Shown here: one piece after another, positions 37,422 to 46,300 of the stretch | How the letters are laid out: each line of letters opens with the position of its first letter | Position numbering within the stretch: the first letter of the stretch is position 1 | Assembly (NCBI GenBank): GCA_039586365.1 | Contig: JBDHKN010000044.1 | Coordinates: 1 to 50,739 of the forward strand | DNA: 50,739 nucleotides | Direction: 5' to 3' | From: Gemmatimonadota bacterium | GTDB lineage: Bacteria > Gemmatimonadota > Gemmatimonadetes > Gemmatimonadales > GWC2-71-9 | Position numbers and translations under genes: made by a program | Notes under the pieces: generated by a model | Databases searched by the model: none | Told to the model about the DNA's origin: nothing | The model's input: the letters and a program-made list of their open reading frames with translations, nothing else

Positions 37422-38401
37422 TTCGTTCCTCTGGTCTGGGCCAAGAAAGACGCGACTGCACCGTAGACACCGGCAGTACCCGGCAGGCTCCCTGGGACGA
37501 TTCTGCATGCCTCCACCGCCGGGCGAAAGGCGCGGCGCCTGACCTGGCTCCAGAGCGGCTGGAACAGGTGGTCGCCGGCGAGGGTCACGCCGCCGCAGAT
37601 GACCACGACGTCTGGATTGAAGATGTTCACCAAGCCAGCTACCACACCACCAAGGAAATGGGCGGTCTCATTGATTACCTCGAGGCAGAATGCGTCACCG
37701 TCGTTTGCGGCCTGAGATACCGTCTCAGCCGTCACGGCTGTAAGGTCACCGCCCACATAGTCTGACAGCGTGGATTGTGTCCCGGTCTCGATGCCCTCGA
37801 CCGCGCGACGTGCTATCGCAGGTCCGGCTGTGTAGGCCTCAAGGCAGCCGTAGTTGCCGCACTTGCAGCGCCGGCCCGTGGGATCGATGCTGGCGTGTCC
37901 GATCTCGCCTGCTGCATCGCTGACGCCGTGGAACACCTGTCCATCGATGACGATCCCTCCACCCACGCCAGTGCCAATCGTGAGTCCAACCACGACCCGG
38001 CCACCCTGTGCCGCTCCGCGCCACCACTCACCCAACACGGCGCAGTTGGCGTCGTTATCCAGAGTCGCAGGTAGTTCAGCTTCCTCGCTAACGAGATTCC
38101 GCAAAGGCACATTGGTCCAGCCGAGATTGGGTGTCAGGAGTACCGTGCCGCTCTTCGTGTCGAGTGGGCCCGGGCAGCCAATCCCAACTCCAATCACCTC
38201 GACCTCAGAGGAGCCCAGTTCATCTCGCGCAGCAGCCAGCGATTGCCTGATCATGCACACAACCCGATCGACTGCACCATCCGGCCCAGCCCACACCGGG
38301 GTCTTCTCCATCAGATAGCCGTGCAGCGAGCTACCGTCCTCCGGAACGGTACCCACCCGGACATTAGTGCCACCGAGGTCGACACCTACTATGTAACGCA
38401 T
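37418..38401 (-). CDS. ROK-family sugar kinase (glucokinase-like)
   Basis: GVDLGGT, GIGCPGP, NDANCA, GTGVGGG, GEIGH...CKCGNYGCLE. Confidence 0.94.
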   Translation of the reverse strand: MRYIVGVDLGGTNVRVGTVPEDGSSLHGYLMEKTPVWAGPDGAVDRVVCMIRQSLAAARDELGSSEVEVIGVGIGCPGPLDTKSGTVLLTPNLGWTNVPLRNLVSEEAELPATLDNDANCAVLGEWWRGAAQGGRVVVGLTIGTGVGGGIVIDGQVFHGVSDAAGEIGHASIDPTGRRCKCGNYGCLEAYTAGPAIARRAVEGIETGTQSTLSDYVGGDLTAVTAETVSQAANDGDAFCLEVINETAHFLGGVVAGLVNIFNPDVVVICGGVTLAGDHLFQPLWSQVRRRAFRPAVEACRIVPGSLPGTAGVYGAVASFLAQTRGTK

Positions 38402-38465
38402 CGTGACTGCGGATCGGTGTGGTAACGGGTCTGCCGTTGGGTTGCCTGAATCATGGCGCGCCTGT

Positions 38466-40262
38466 CTAGTCGACCTGCAGCACGGCAAGGAATGCTTCCT
38501 GAGGGATCTCCACGGTGCCGACCTGTTTCATGCGCTTCTTTCCTTCCCTCTGTTTCTCGAGGAGTTTACGCTTGCGAGTAACGTCGCCCCCGTAGCACTT
38601 GGCGGTAACGTTCTTCCGCAGCGGTTGGATAGTCGTGCGAGCGATCACCTTGGATCCTATCGACGCCTGAATTACTACTTCGAATAGTTGTTTGGGTATC
38701 AGTTCCTTCAGCTTCGATGCGATCTTGCGACCCCAATCGAAAGCCTTGCCTCGGTGGATTATCACACTGAAGGCATCAATCGGATCCCCATTGATGAGCA
38801 TGTCCAGCTTGACCAAATCGCTCTGGCGGTAGTCAGCGAACTCGTAATCCATAGCGGCGAATCCGCGAGATACAGTTTTCAGTCGGTCGTAGAAGTCCAG
38901 AATGATCTCTGCCAACGGGAAATCCCACTCGAGTTGCACGCGGGTAGTATCGAGGTAGTGCATTCCGAGATACTCGCCGCGCCGCTCCTGCCCCAACTGC
39001 ATTATCGCGCCGATGTACTCCGATGGTCCGGTGATGCGGACTCTGACGTACGGCTCCTCAACGCGATCGACAGCAGACCCAGTTGGCACCTTTGAAGGAT
39101 TCTCGATTACCGCGCGTGAGCCATCGGTCAAGTAGACGTGGTATTCCACGTTGGGAACCGTGGTAATCAGGTCCAGATCGAACTCCCGCTCGAGCCTTTC
39201 CCGGACGATGTCCAGGTGGAGCAGACCCAGAAAACCACACCGGAAGCCAAATCCAAGTGCCACCGAGGACTCGGGCTCGTAGTGCAAGGAAGCGTCGTTG
39301 AGCTGAAGTCTCTCGAGTGCGTCGCGCAGTTCCTCGTACTGATTGGCGTCAGTTGGGTAGAGTCCCGCGAACACCATCGAATGCACTTCCCGATAGCCAG
39401 GGAGTTTCTCCGCAGCCAGATTGTCGGCGTCGAGCACCGTGTCCCCTACCCTGGTCTCCTGTACGCCCCGCACGTTAGCAACGAAATAGCCAACCTCTCC
39501 CGCCTCGAGGATATCGGTGCGCCGCTGATCGAGCTGGAGGTATCCCACCTCGGTGACTTCGTAGCGATCCTCTTGGTGCGAACCGAAGGCGATCTCCATC
39601 CCCGCCTTGATGTGTCCGTCCACCACCCGGATGCTGGGGATCGCCCCGCGATAGCGGTCGTAGTAGGTGTCGAAGATCAGTGCGCGAAGGGGGGCACTAC
39701 GATCACCTTGGGGTGATGGTACGCGCCGGACTACTGCGTCCAGCAACTCGACCATCCCGACGCCGGCCTTGGCCGAGACCTGTAGTATCTCGGCCCCGCT
39801 GACTCCCAAAAGCTCCTGCAGTTCTTGCGATCTCCGCTCCGGCTCGGCAGCAGGCAGATCGATCTTGTTGAGAACAGGGATGATCTCCAGCCCTGCATCC
39901 AGCGCTAGGAACAAATTGCTGATCGTCTGGGCTTCTATCCCTTGACTGGCGTCAACTACCAGGACAGCGCCCTCGCAGGCGTTCAGCGAGCGCGATACTT
40001 CATAGGTGAAGTCTACGTGACCGGGGGTGTCAATGAGGTTGAGCTCGTAGGTCTGGTCATTCAAGGTGTAATGCATGCGAACTGCGTTGAGCTTGATCGT
40101 GATGCCACGCTCGCGCTCCAGATCCATGGTGTCGAGAACCTGTGCCCGCATACGGCGCTTCTCGAGCGTACCGGTGTGCTCGATGAGCCGGTCAGCGACG
40201 GTCGACTTGCCGTGGTCTATGTGGGCGACAATGCAGAAGTTGCGAACTAGCTCTTGACGCAT
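38466..40262 (-). CDS. lepA: Translation elongation factor 4
   Basis: [55 protein letters not shown]. Confidence 0.98.
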   Translation of the reverse strand: MRQELVRNFCIVAHIDHGKSTVADRLIEHTGTLEKRRMRAQVLDTMDLERERGITIKLNAVRMHYTLNDQTYELNLIDTPGHVDFTYEVSRSLNACEGAVLVVDASQGIEAQTISNLFLALDAGLEIIPVLNKIDLPAAEPERRSQELQELLGVSGAEILQVSAKAGVGMVELLDAVVRRVPSPQGDRSAPLRALIFDTYYDRYRGAIPSIRVVDGHIKAGMEIAFGSHQEDRYEVTEVGYLQLDQRRTDILEAGEVGYFVANVRGVQETRVGDTVLDADNLAAEKLPGYREVHSMVFAGLYPTDANQYEELRDALERLQLNDASLHYEPESSVALGFGFRCGFLGLLHLDIVRERLEREFDLDLITTVPNVEYHVYLTDGSRAVIENPSKVPTGSAVDRVEEPYVRVRITGPSEYIGAIMQLGQERRGEYLGMHYLDTTRVQLEWDFPLAEIILDFYDRLKTVSRGFAAMDYEFADYRQSDLVKLDMLINGDPIDAFSVIIHRGKAFDWGRKIASKLKELIPKQLFEVVIQASIGSKVIARTTIQPLRKNVTAKCYGGDVTRKRKLLEKQREGKKRMKQVGTVEIPQEAFLAVLQVD

Positions 40263-40371
40263 GGGGAGAATATACGAAGGCGGTACCCAAACACCCCACC
40301 GCCCGAGCCCGGCGGTAACCCGGCCCCCCCTTTCGACCGTGCGGCACCGCCCCTTCCCTCCACCTCCCAGA

Positions 40372-40398
40372 GCGGTAAAAGGTGCTGCCTTTTACCGC
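40372..40398. terminator. Hairpin downstream of the M28 peptidase gene (possible terminator)
   Basis: Perfect 11-bp stem GCGGTAAAAGG-TGCTG-CCTTTTACCGC; no clear U-tract on the minus strand. Confidence 0.5.
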
Positions 40399-40433
40399 CC
40401 TTTACCGCCCTTTACCGCCTTCTACCGCCCTTT
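40391..40433. repeat. Decamer tandem repeat (TTTACCGCCC)x4
   Basis: TTTACCGCCC TTTACCGCCC TTTACCGCCT TCTACCGCCC seen directly. Confidence 0.92.
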
Positions 40434-40434
40434 C

Positions 40435-41946
40435 TTACGGCACCAGCTCGACTATCTGGTTGTAGCTCGCCGGATCCCATTGAGGTCGCTGGGGGTTGTT
40501 CGCCACCTCGAGGCCCACGTAGAACATGAGCTGCACGATCCGTGCTGCCTTCTCTGCATTGATCCTGTCGACTTCGTCGGTCACTTGGTGGTAGTCCTCG
40601 TGAGTGCCGGTGAAAAAGAACAGGATGGGTACTCCCTTGCGGGCGAAGTTGTAGTGATCCGAGCGGAAATAGAAGCGTTCTTCGGGCCAGAGATCATCGA
40701 TTGCGTCCATGTTGAGCTCGGGATGCTCGCCGTTCACGCGGTTCATCGTGCTACCCAAGTCCGAATGCTCTTTGCCAATTACAACAACCGTGTCCGTCCA
40801 GTTTCGGCTGATCATGTCAGCGTTCAGGTCGGCTACGATCTGCGTCAGCGGCACACTGGGATTCTCTGCGAAGTACTCGCTGCCCCAGAGTCCCTTTTCT
40901 TCGCCACTCACCGCAAGGAAGATCAGCGACCGTTTCGGCCTTGGATTCAGCATCGCATAGGCCTCGGCCATCTCGATGATCGCGACCGTCCCGGAGGCAT
41001 CGTCATCGGCACCGTTGGCAATGCTGTCACCTTGTACCGGAGGGCGGATGCCGATGTGATCCATATGCGCGCTGAATAGCACATACTCGTTCCTCAGATC
41101 GGGATCGCTACCTTCCAGAATGCCAACCACATTCGGTGCAGAGCCCGTCCCAGAGCCTGCATACTGCAAGTCGACTGTTAGCTCAAGGTCTCTGAGGTCA
41201 CGTACACTGACGGGTCGGGCGGCCCGCTCTTCCGCGGTCCCCAGCTCGTAGCCGTGGGCCGCCAACACTGGAGCCACCGCGGTTTCTCGTACCTCCAACC
41301 ACGCCATCCCCTCTCTCGACTCTCCCCAAGCCTTGCTAACCACGCTCCGCCCTAGGCGTTGCTGAGCGCGGCTCCAAGAGCCTTCGGACCGCTGCGCCAG
41401 CGAGATGACGGCCGCCGGGCCCTGGCTGAACAAAGCCTGCATCAACTGGCTGGACAATCGTGTTATGGGTGATGCCAGGATGACGATTCGGCCGGCCAGA
41501 TCGGCGGCCTCCATGGCCTCGAGGCCGCCCGTTGACCCGTCCACGACGACTGCCGACCCAGATACCGGCGCTGGCAAGGACCCGAACCGCACTAGAACAT
41601 CGGGTCCCACCTGCCAGGTCGTTGTGCGATCGATCGTGATGTTCGATGCCACCAGGTTCAACTGCGTCTGTCTCAGGGGGTACCTCTGAATGAATGTCCC
41701 GTTGTCCCCCCCTGGCTTGAGTCCAAGCTGCCCGAATTGGCCTGCTATGTACGTAGCGGTTTGGTCCAATCCGGGACTCGGCGTATCGCGCCCCAGCATG
41801 GAGTCGTGTGCAATCACAGCTATGCGATTGTGCACATCTTCCGGTGTGATCGACTCAACTGCCCGCTCCACGGTGGTCGCACTCTGGGCAAGAGCGGCGA
41901 TCGGGAAGCCGAGGCTTGTAACGGCCAGTGCCAAGACACGCATCAT
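40435..41946 (-). CDS. Secreted M28-family metallopeptidase with PA-like insert
   Basis: GRDTPSPG, SAHMDH, NGADDDASG, GEEKGLWGS, NADMI, RSDH, DYHQVTD. Confidence 0.93.
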   Translation of the reverse strand: MMRVLALAVTSLGFPIAALAQSATTVERAVESITPEDVHNRIAVIAHDSMLGRDTPSPGLDQTATYIAGQFGQLGLKPGGDNGTFIQRYPLRQTQLNLVASNITIDRTTTWQVGPDVLVRFGSLPAPVSGSAVVVDGSTGGLEAMEAADLAGRIVILASPITRLSSQLMQALFSQGPAAVISLAQRSEGSWSRAQQRLGRSVVSKAWGESREGMAWLEVRETAVAPVLAAHGYELGTAEERAARPVSVRDLRDLELTVDLQYAGSGTGSAPNVVGILEGSDPDLRNEYVLFSAHMDHIGIRPPVQGDSIANGADDDASGTVAIIEMAEAYAMLNPRPKRSLIFLAVSGEEKGLWGSEYFAENPSVPLTQIVADLNADMISRNWTDTVVVIGKEHSDLGSTMNRVNGEHPELNMDAIDDLWPEERFYFRSDHYNFARKGVPILFFFTGTHEDYHQVTDEVDRINAEKAARIVQLMFYVGLEVANNPQRPQWDPASYNQIVELVP

Positions 41947-42069
41947 TGGGGGTACTCCGCTGAATAGTTGGGGCGTAAGATAGCACTTGGTGCTGCGGTG
42001 CTGGAACGAGTGACGCTTACCTGCTGGGGTAAAACCTCCTGAGCAAGAAGAGGAGTTGCGGAATTCGCA

Positions 42070-43299
42070 TTATCCGCTGTCAGCAGTGGGGCTTCCCGTT
42101 CCTCCGGTATCAGGCTTCACCTTGCGGGGCCTTACCTTGGGCACGACCGTCGTGGGCGTTCCTGGTGGTGCACTTGGTCTCTCAACCGGAACCCGCGCCG
42201 CGGAAGGAATCTGGCGGATGGGAATGGAGTCCCTGCTCCTTCGGTCGACCTTGTTGGGATCACGTCGCTCCAGCCGGGGGATGAGACGAGTAACCGGATC
42301 AGCGCTCTTCTGCCGGGAACTAGGCATCAATCGCAGGAGATTGGCGGTGGTGGGTCGGGCTTCTACCTGCCGCCGTGTGGCTGGCTGGTCTGACACCGTT
42401 GATCGGCGACCCGGCGTCGGAACTCTGCCAATACCACCCACGTCGTCGGCAGTGGCGCCGGTCCGAGCACGTCGGCTTGCCGGGTCGGTGGGGTGCTGTT
42501 CGACGCGTGTGACGGCTGGCTCGTCTGGCCCGCGATCCTTGAATACGAAGCGGGGGTCTACGGTCCGCGTCCTGGCGTATACCACCCGTGTTTCTGCGTA
42601 TACCCGCGCAGGGTAGTAGTGCGGCGCTTCGTATATCACAATTCGGAACTTGACGCAGCCATGCTGGTACGGGTTCCAGGATCGGTACGGCCTGTAGGCG
42701 TGGCAATCGTAACAGAGGAACCGGGGATAGTCGTACCTCTGCCCAACATGATAGGGGAAAACATCATACGAATAGGCGTCGTATGCTGGGTCGGGAACCA
42801 TCTGGTCGACCAGGCGCGTGATAGCCACATATGGATCCCCGGTTACGCGTCCGTAGTAGGCGATGTGACGATAGTCCCAGTGGTCGCCTAGAGCGAAGGC
42901 AGCAAAATCGAATGGAACACGGCTCGCCACAGCGAACAGGTAGCCTGTTCCGGGATCGTCATCAACGACAAAGGCGTAGGACTCGTCATCGTCACTGGGA
43001 TTCCCAACCTCGGCTCGCTCGCCAGCAGCTACGAAGCTGTCGTGCCACGGATATCGGGGGTAGAGCACTCGCACCCGTCCATCGGTGTCGACCCGGAACA
43101 CCATAGCGTAGGCGTCCTCTGCAGGTCGGAACCAAACGTGCACTCGGTCACCGGGGCGGAATAGCTCACCGGAGGTCCACAATTCGACGTAGGGCCCTTC
43201 CTGCGCTGGATGCATGACAGGTGCGGCTCTCAACCCTGGACTCGCTGCCGCTGCCAAGCCGACCAGCGAGATCGTCGCCGAGAGTGTCGCTTTGATCAT
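42070..43299 (-). CDS. Secreted DUF4384-domain protein with CxxCH motif and basic Pro/Arg-rich tail
   Basis: Signal peptide, FRPGDRVHVWFR..EDAY...RVDTDGRVRVLYP, FLCYDCH; strong RBS AGGAGGTG. Confidence 0.8.
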   Translation of the reverse strand: MIKATLSATISLVGLAAAASPGLRAAPVMHPAQEGPYVELWTSGELFRPGDRVHVWFRPAEDAYAMVFRVDTDGRVRVLYPRYPWHDSFVAAGERAEVGNPSDDDESYAFVVDDDPGTGYLFAVASRVPFDFAAFALGDHWDYRHIAYYGRVTGDPYVAITRLVDQMVPDPAYDAYSYDVFPYHVGQRYDYPRFLCYDCHAYRPYRSWNPYQHGCVKFRIVIYEAPHYYPARVYAETRVVYARTRTVDPRFVFKDRGPDEPAVTRVEQHPTDPASRRARTGATADDVGGIGRVPTPGRRSTVSDQPATRRQVEARPTTANLLRLMPSSRQKSADPVTRLIPRLERRDPNKVDRRSRDSIPIRQIPSAARVPVERPSAPPGTPTTVVPKVRPRKVKPDTGGTGSPTADSG

Positions 43300-43350
43300 G
43301 CATCACCTCCTACAGATTCCGCTCGCACCCAAAGTATCCCGCAGCGATAA

Positions 43351-43367
43351 TTGCAGACAATGTGCCA
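43351..43367 (-). promoter_or_regulatory. Sigma54 (-24/-12) promoter
   Basis: Minus strand TGGCACATTGTCTGCAA gives GG-N10-GC, ~50 nt upstream of the DUF4384 start. Confidence 0.75.
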
Positions 43368-43381
43368 CCTGCCTCAGGTGA

Positions 43382-43408
43382 TTATGTTATTGTAATACAA
43401 TAACTTAC
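43382..43408. promoter_or_regulatory. AT-rich palindrome containing IHF-like sites
   Basis: GTTATTGTA-A-TACAATAAC perfect inverted repeat with a CAAnnnnTTA core, just upstream of the sigma54 motif. Confidence 0.6.
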
Positions 43409-43604
43409 ATTGTGTGATGACGGTCACGATACGACCCCGATGTCCCTGGGAGGTGACACAGCTAGGTAGCCTTCGGGACACCCGTTGGACAGTGACGCCA
43501 GGCGCACTCCAAGGATCGCAATCGCCTGGCTGGATTTCCGGGCGGTCGAGTGCTCCAGCTATCTTCATGTGAACGGCAGATGAGCAGGCAGGTGGCCGAC
43601 TCTG

Positions 43605-44504
43605 ATGATACAGCGTCCTGATCTACTTGATCCCTACGAGGTCTCCCAACTCGGTGGGATCGAATTGGTCGCCCGGGCAGTGGTCGAGGGCTTCCTGGCC
43701 GGCCTGCATCGATCGCCCTTCCGTGGCTTCTCGGTGGAGTTTGCGGAGCATCGTCCCTATCAGCCGGGAGACGAACTACGCTATCTGGACTGGAAGATGT
43801 TAGCTCGGTCCGATCGTCTCTTTGTCAAACAGTATGAAGAGGAGACGAACCTGCGAGCGATGCTAGTGCTCGACGTAAGCGCGTCGATGGACTGGGTGGG
43901 AGAGTCAGGAAGGCTGAGCAAGCTTGAGTATGCCAAACGTCTCGTCGCGGCACTCAGCCTGATAATGCTGCGCCAGCGGGATGCAACCGGTTTGATTGCA
44001 TATGACGAAGCGGTGCGGGAAGTGGTTCGGGCACGGGCTCGGTCACGCCACTGGTGGACGCTGCTGAGCAAGGTGAACGCGCTCACAGCCGGCGGCGGCA
44101 CAGCTGCTGAGCCGGCGCTCCGCAAGGTGACAGATCTTCTGCGCCGCCGGGGTCTCGCGATCCTCGTCTCGGACCTGCTATTCGACCGACACTTAGTGCT
44201 TAGAACGCTGCAGTACCTGAGGCACCGGGGGCATCAGGTCATGGTGTTTCACATCATGGACCCCGGTGAGCTTGATCTCCAGGGGCCAGCGGAGGCGCGG
44301 TTCCAGGACCCTGAGACCGGGGTTAGCATGGTCGCCCGACCCCGAGAGCTACGCGCGGCATACGGTTCGACTGTTAGGCGCACCATCGAGACCTGGCGCT
44401 CGGCTTGCCGGCGGCGGGGAATCGACTATCACCACGTGTTGACAACAACTCCCTTTGGCTACGTGCTGCGTCGTGCAGCTGCCCGGCGGTCGCGGCTAGG
44501 GTGA
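43605..44504 (+). CDS. DUF58 (vWA-like, MoxR-associated) protein
   Basis: GLHRSPFRGFSVEFAEHRPYQPGD, VKQYEEETN, LDVSASM, VSD. Confidence 0.94.
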   Translation: MIQRPDLLDPYEVSQLGGIELVARAVVEGFLAGLHRSPFRGFSVEFAEHRPYQPGDELRYLDWKMLARSDRLFVKQYEEETNLRAMLVLDVSASMDWVGESGRLSKLEYAKRLVAALSLIMLRQRDATGLIAYDEAVREVVRARARSRHWWTLLSKVNALTAGGGTAAEPALRKVTDLLRRRGLAILVSDLLFDRHLVLRTLQYLRHRGHQVMVFHIMDPGELDLQGPAEARFQDPETGVSMVARPRELRAAYGSTVRRTIETWRSACRRRGIDYHHVLTTTPFGYVLRRAAARRSRLG

Positions 44505-46300
44505 TATCCTTTCTTCACCCGCTGGCGCTCATTGCTTTGGCTGCAGGTGCGATTCCGGCGTTACTTCACCTCAGGAGTCGGCGACTGCCGCCCGTGGTGG
44601 TTTTCCCGGCCATTCGGTACTTGACAGCGACCGAACGCGAACACAGTCGGCGGATCAAGCTGCGGAACCTACTGCTCCTGATGCTGCGAACCTTGGTGAT
44701 AGTTTTCCTGGTGCTCGCAGCGGCGCGTCCCATCCTCCGGCTCGCGTCAGGCCGGTCTCACCCACCCTCGGCAATCGTATTCGTCGTTGACAACTCGCTT
44801 TCTTCGGGCACAGTCGTGCGGGGGCGGCTGATGCTGCAACTGATCCGCGACGCTGCCCGCGAGGCGCTGTCTCAGACTAACTCGGGAGATCACATCTGGG
44901 TGGCTTTGGCTGACGGTATTCCTCAGCGAGTTACTCGACTGGAGGCTGCCGCCATTCTGGACAGCCTCGTACCGCTGCCGATTCGTCTCGATCTGGGGAG
45001 GGTGGTGCGGATCGCAGCTCGCACGGTCGGGGACGATCCCCTGGACGGCAAACGCATCGTTGTATTCAGCGATCTGCAGCGTAGCGCACTGACACGGGGA
45101 GAGGTGATCGATGTCCCGGTACTGATTCCGAGAATCGCCGAGCTGCCGGTCAATCGCTGGATCGACTCCACGTTCTCCGATCCTCCTTTATGGTCGCCGG
45201 ATGGAACTGTAGCGACTGCTGTCGGAGGTACGGATGGCAGGACCACAACAGTTCGCCTGTCTGTTGCCGGTCAGGTGCTGGATCGCGCGGTCGCAGGATC
45301 GGGTGACCAGGTTGTGCTGGCGGGACAGCTGGATGGACTGGGTTGGGCGGTGGCGTCGGTAGAACTCGATCCGGATGAATTGAGAGCCGACGACGTCCGA
45401 TTCATTGCGCTGTTCTCTGCTCATCCGGCGGCTGCCACGGCCCTGTCGGGAGCCGGTGAATTCGTGAGTGAAGCTCTTCAGGTTCTGCAGGACGGAGGCC
45501 GGGCTACCAGCGGCACTGAGGTGGTGATAGGTGACCGGCCTATGCAAGGGATGGCGGTGCTCTTCCCTCCAGCAGATCCGGCATTACTCGGTGCGATCAA
45601 CCGCGCGCTGGCTGATCTTGGTGTGCAAATACAGTACGGCGAACTGCTTGACGGTGAGTGGCGGGTAGCTGGTGATCTCGGTACAGCAACGGGATCCACC
45701 GTTTTCAGACGGCATCGCATCGTCGGCTCTGGAACGGTGTTCGCGGAAGTTGCCAACGAACCCTGGCTCGCGCGGGATGGCGAGGTCGTGCTGGTGGGCA
45801 GCCGGATGGAGCCGGCATGGACCGAGCTGCCGGTGTCCGCAGGGTTCGTTCCGTTCCTGGATCAACTCATCAATCAAGTTGCCGCACGCCAGACGTGGAT
45901 TGTCGCCGCGGCTCCGGGCGACGTTGTAACAGCTCCCCCCAGTGCCAGCGAACTACTGGGATCCAATGGCGCGAGCCCTATTCCTGGTGACCACAGGTTG
46001 GTCGCTCCGTTTGTCCCCGGTGTCTACTTCCTGCGCGACGCTGCCGGTGATACGGTCGGTGCTTTGGAACTGAACCCGGATGTACGGGAGTCAGACCTGG
46101 AGCCGGCGGACGACCGAACATTGCGCACTCATCTGGGGCAGGGAACCAGGATCACCAGCAGGCAAGACCTGAGTCGGTTGATGTTTGTCGACGACAAGCG
46201 GGCCGACCTGACATGGCTGTTTCTCTGGGCGGCGCTGCTGACTGCGGTCGCTGAGTTTGCCATCGCCAATTCCGGTCGTTCAGCCAGGCGGAGGCCATAG
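44501..46300 (+). CDS. BatA N-terminal domain + vWA membrane protein
   Basis: FLHPLAL...P.LLHL...FP...LLMLR...AARP, VDNSLS, VFSDLQ; C-terminal TM helix. Confidence 0.88.
   Translation: MISFLHPLALIALAAGAIPALLHLRSRRLPPVVVFPAIRYLTATEREHSRRIKLRNLLLLMLRTLVIVFLVLAAARPILRLASGRSHPPSAIVFVVDNSLSSGTVVRGRLMLQLIRDAAREALSQTNSGDHIWVALADGIPQRVTRLEAAAILDSLVPLPIRLDLGRVVRIAARTVGDDPLDGKRIVVFSDLQRSALTRGEVIDVPVLIPRIAELPVNRWIDSTFSDPPLWSPDGTVATAVGGTDGRTTTVRLSVAGQVLDRAVAGSGDQVVLAGQLDGLGWAVASVELDPDELRADDVRFIALFSAHPAAATALSGAGEFVSEALQVLQDGGRATSGTEVVIGDRPMQGMAVLFPPADPALLGAINRALADLGVQIQYGELLDGEWRVAGDLGTATGSTVFRRHRIVGSGTVFAEVANEPWLARDGEVVLVGSRMEPAWTELPVSAGFVPFLDQLINQVAARQTWIVAAAPGDVVTAPPSASELLGSNGASPIPGDHRLVAPFVPGVYFLRDAAGDTVGALELNPDVRESDLEPADDRTLRTHLGQGTRITSRQDLSRLMFVDDKRADLTWLFLWAALLTAVAEFAIANSGRSARRRP

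Noticed and set aside
40261..41079. 272-aa plus-strand ORF
   Set aside because: It is antisense to the M28 peptidase and crosses the decamer repeat, with no recognisable domain.
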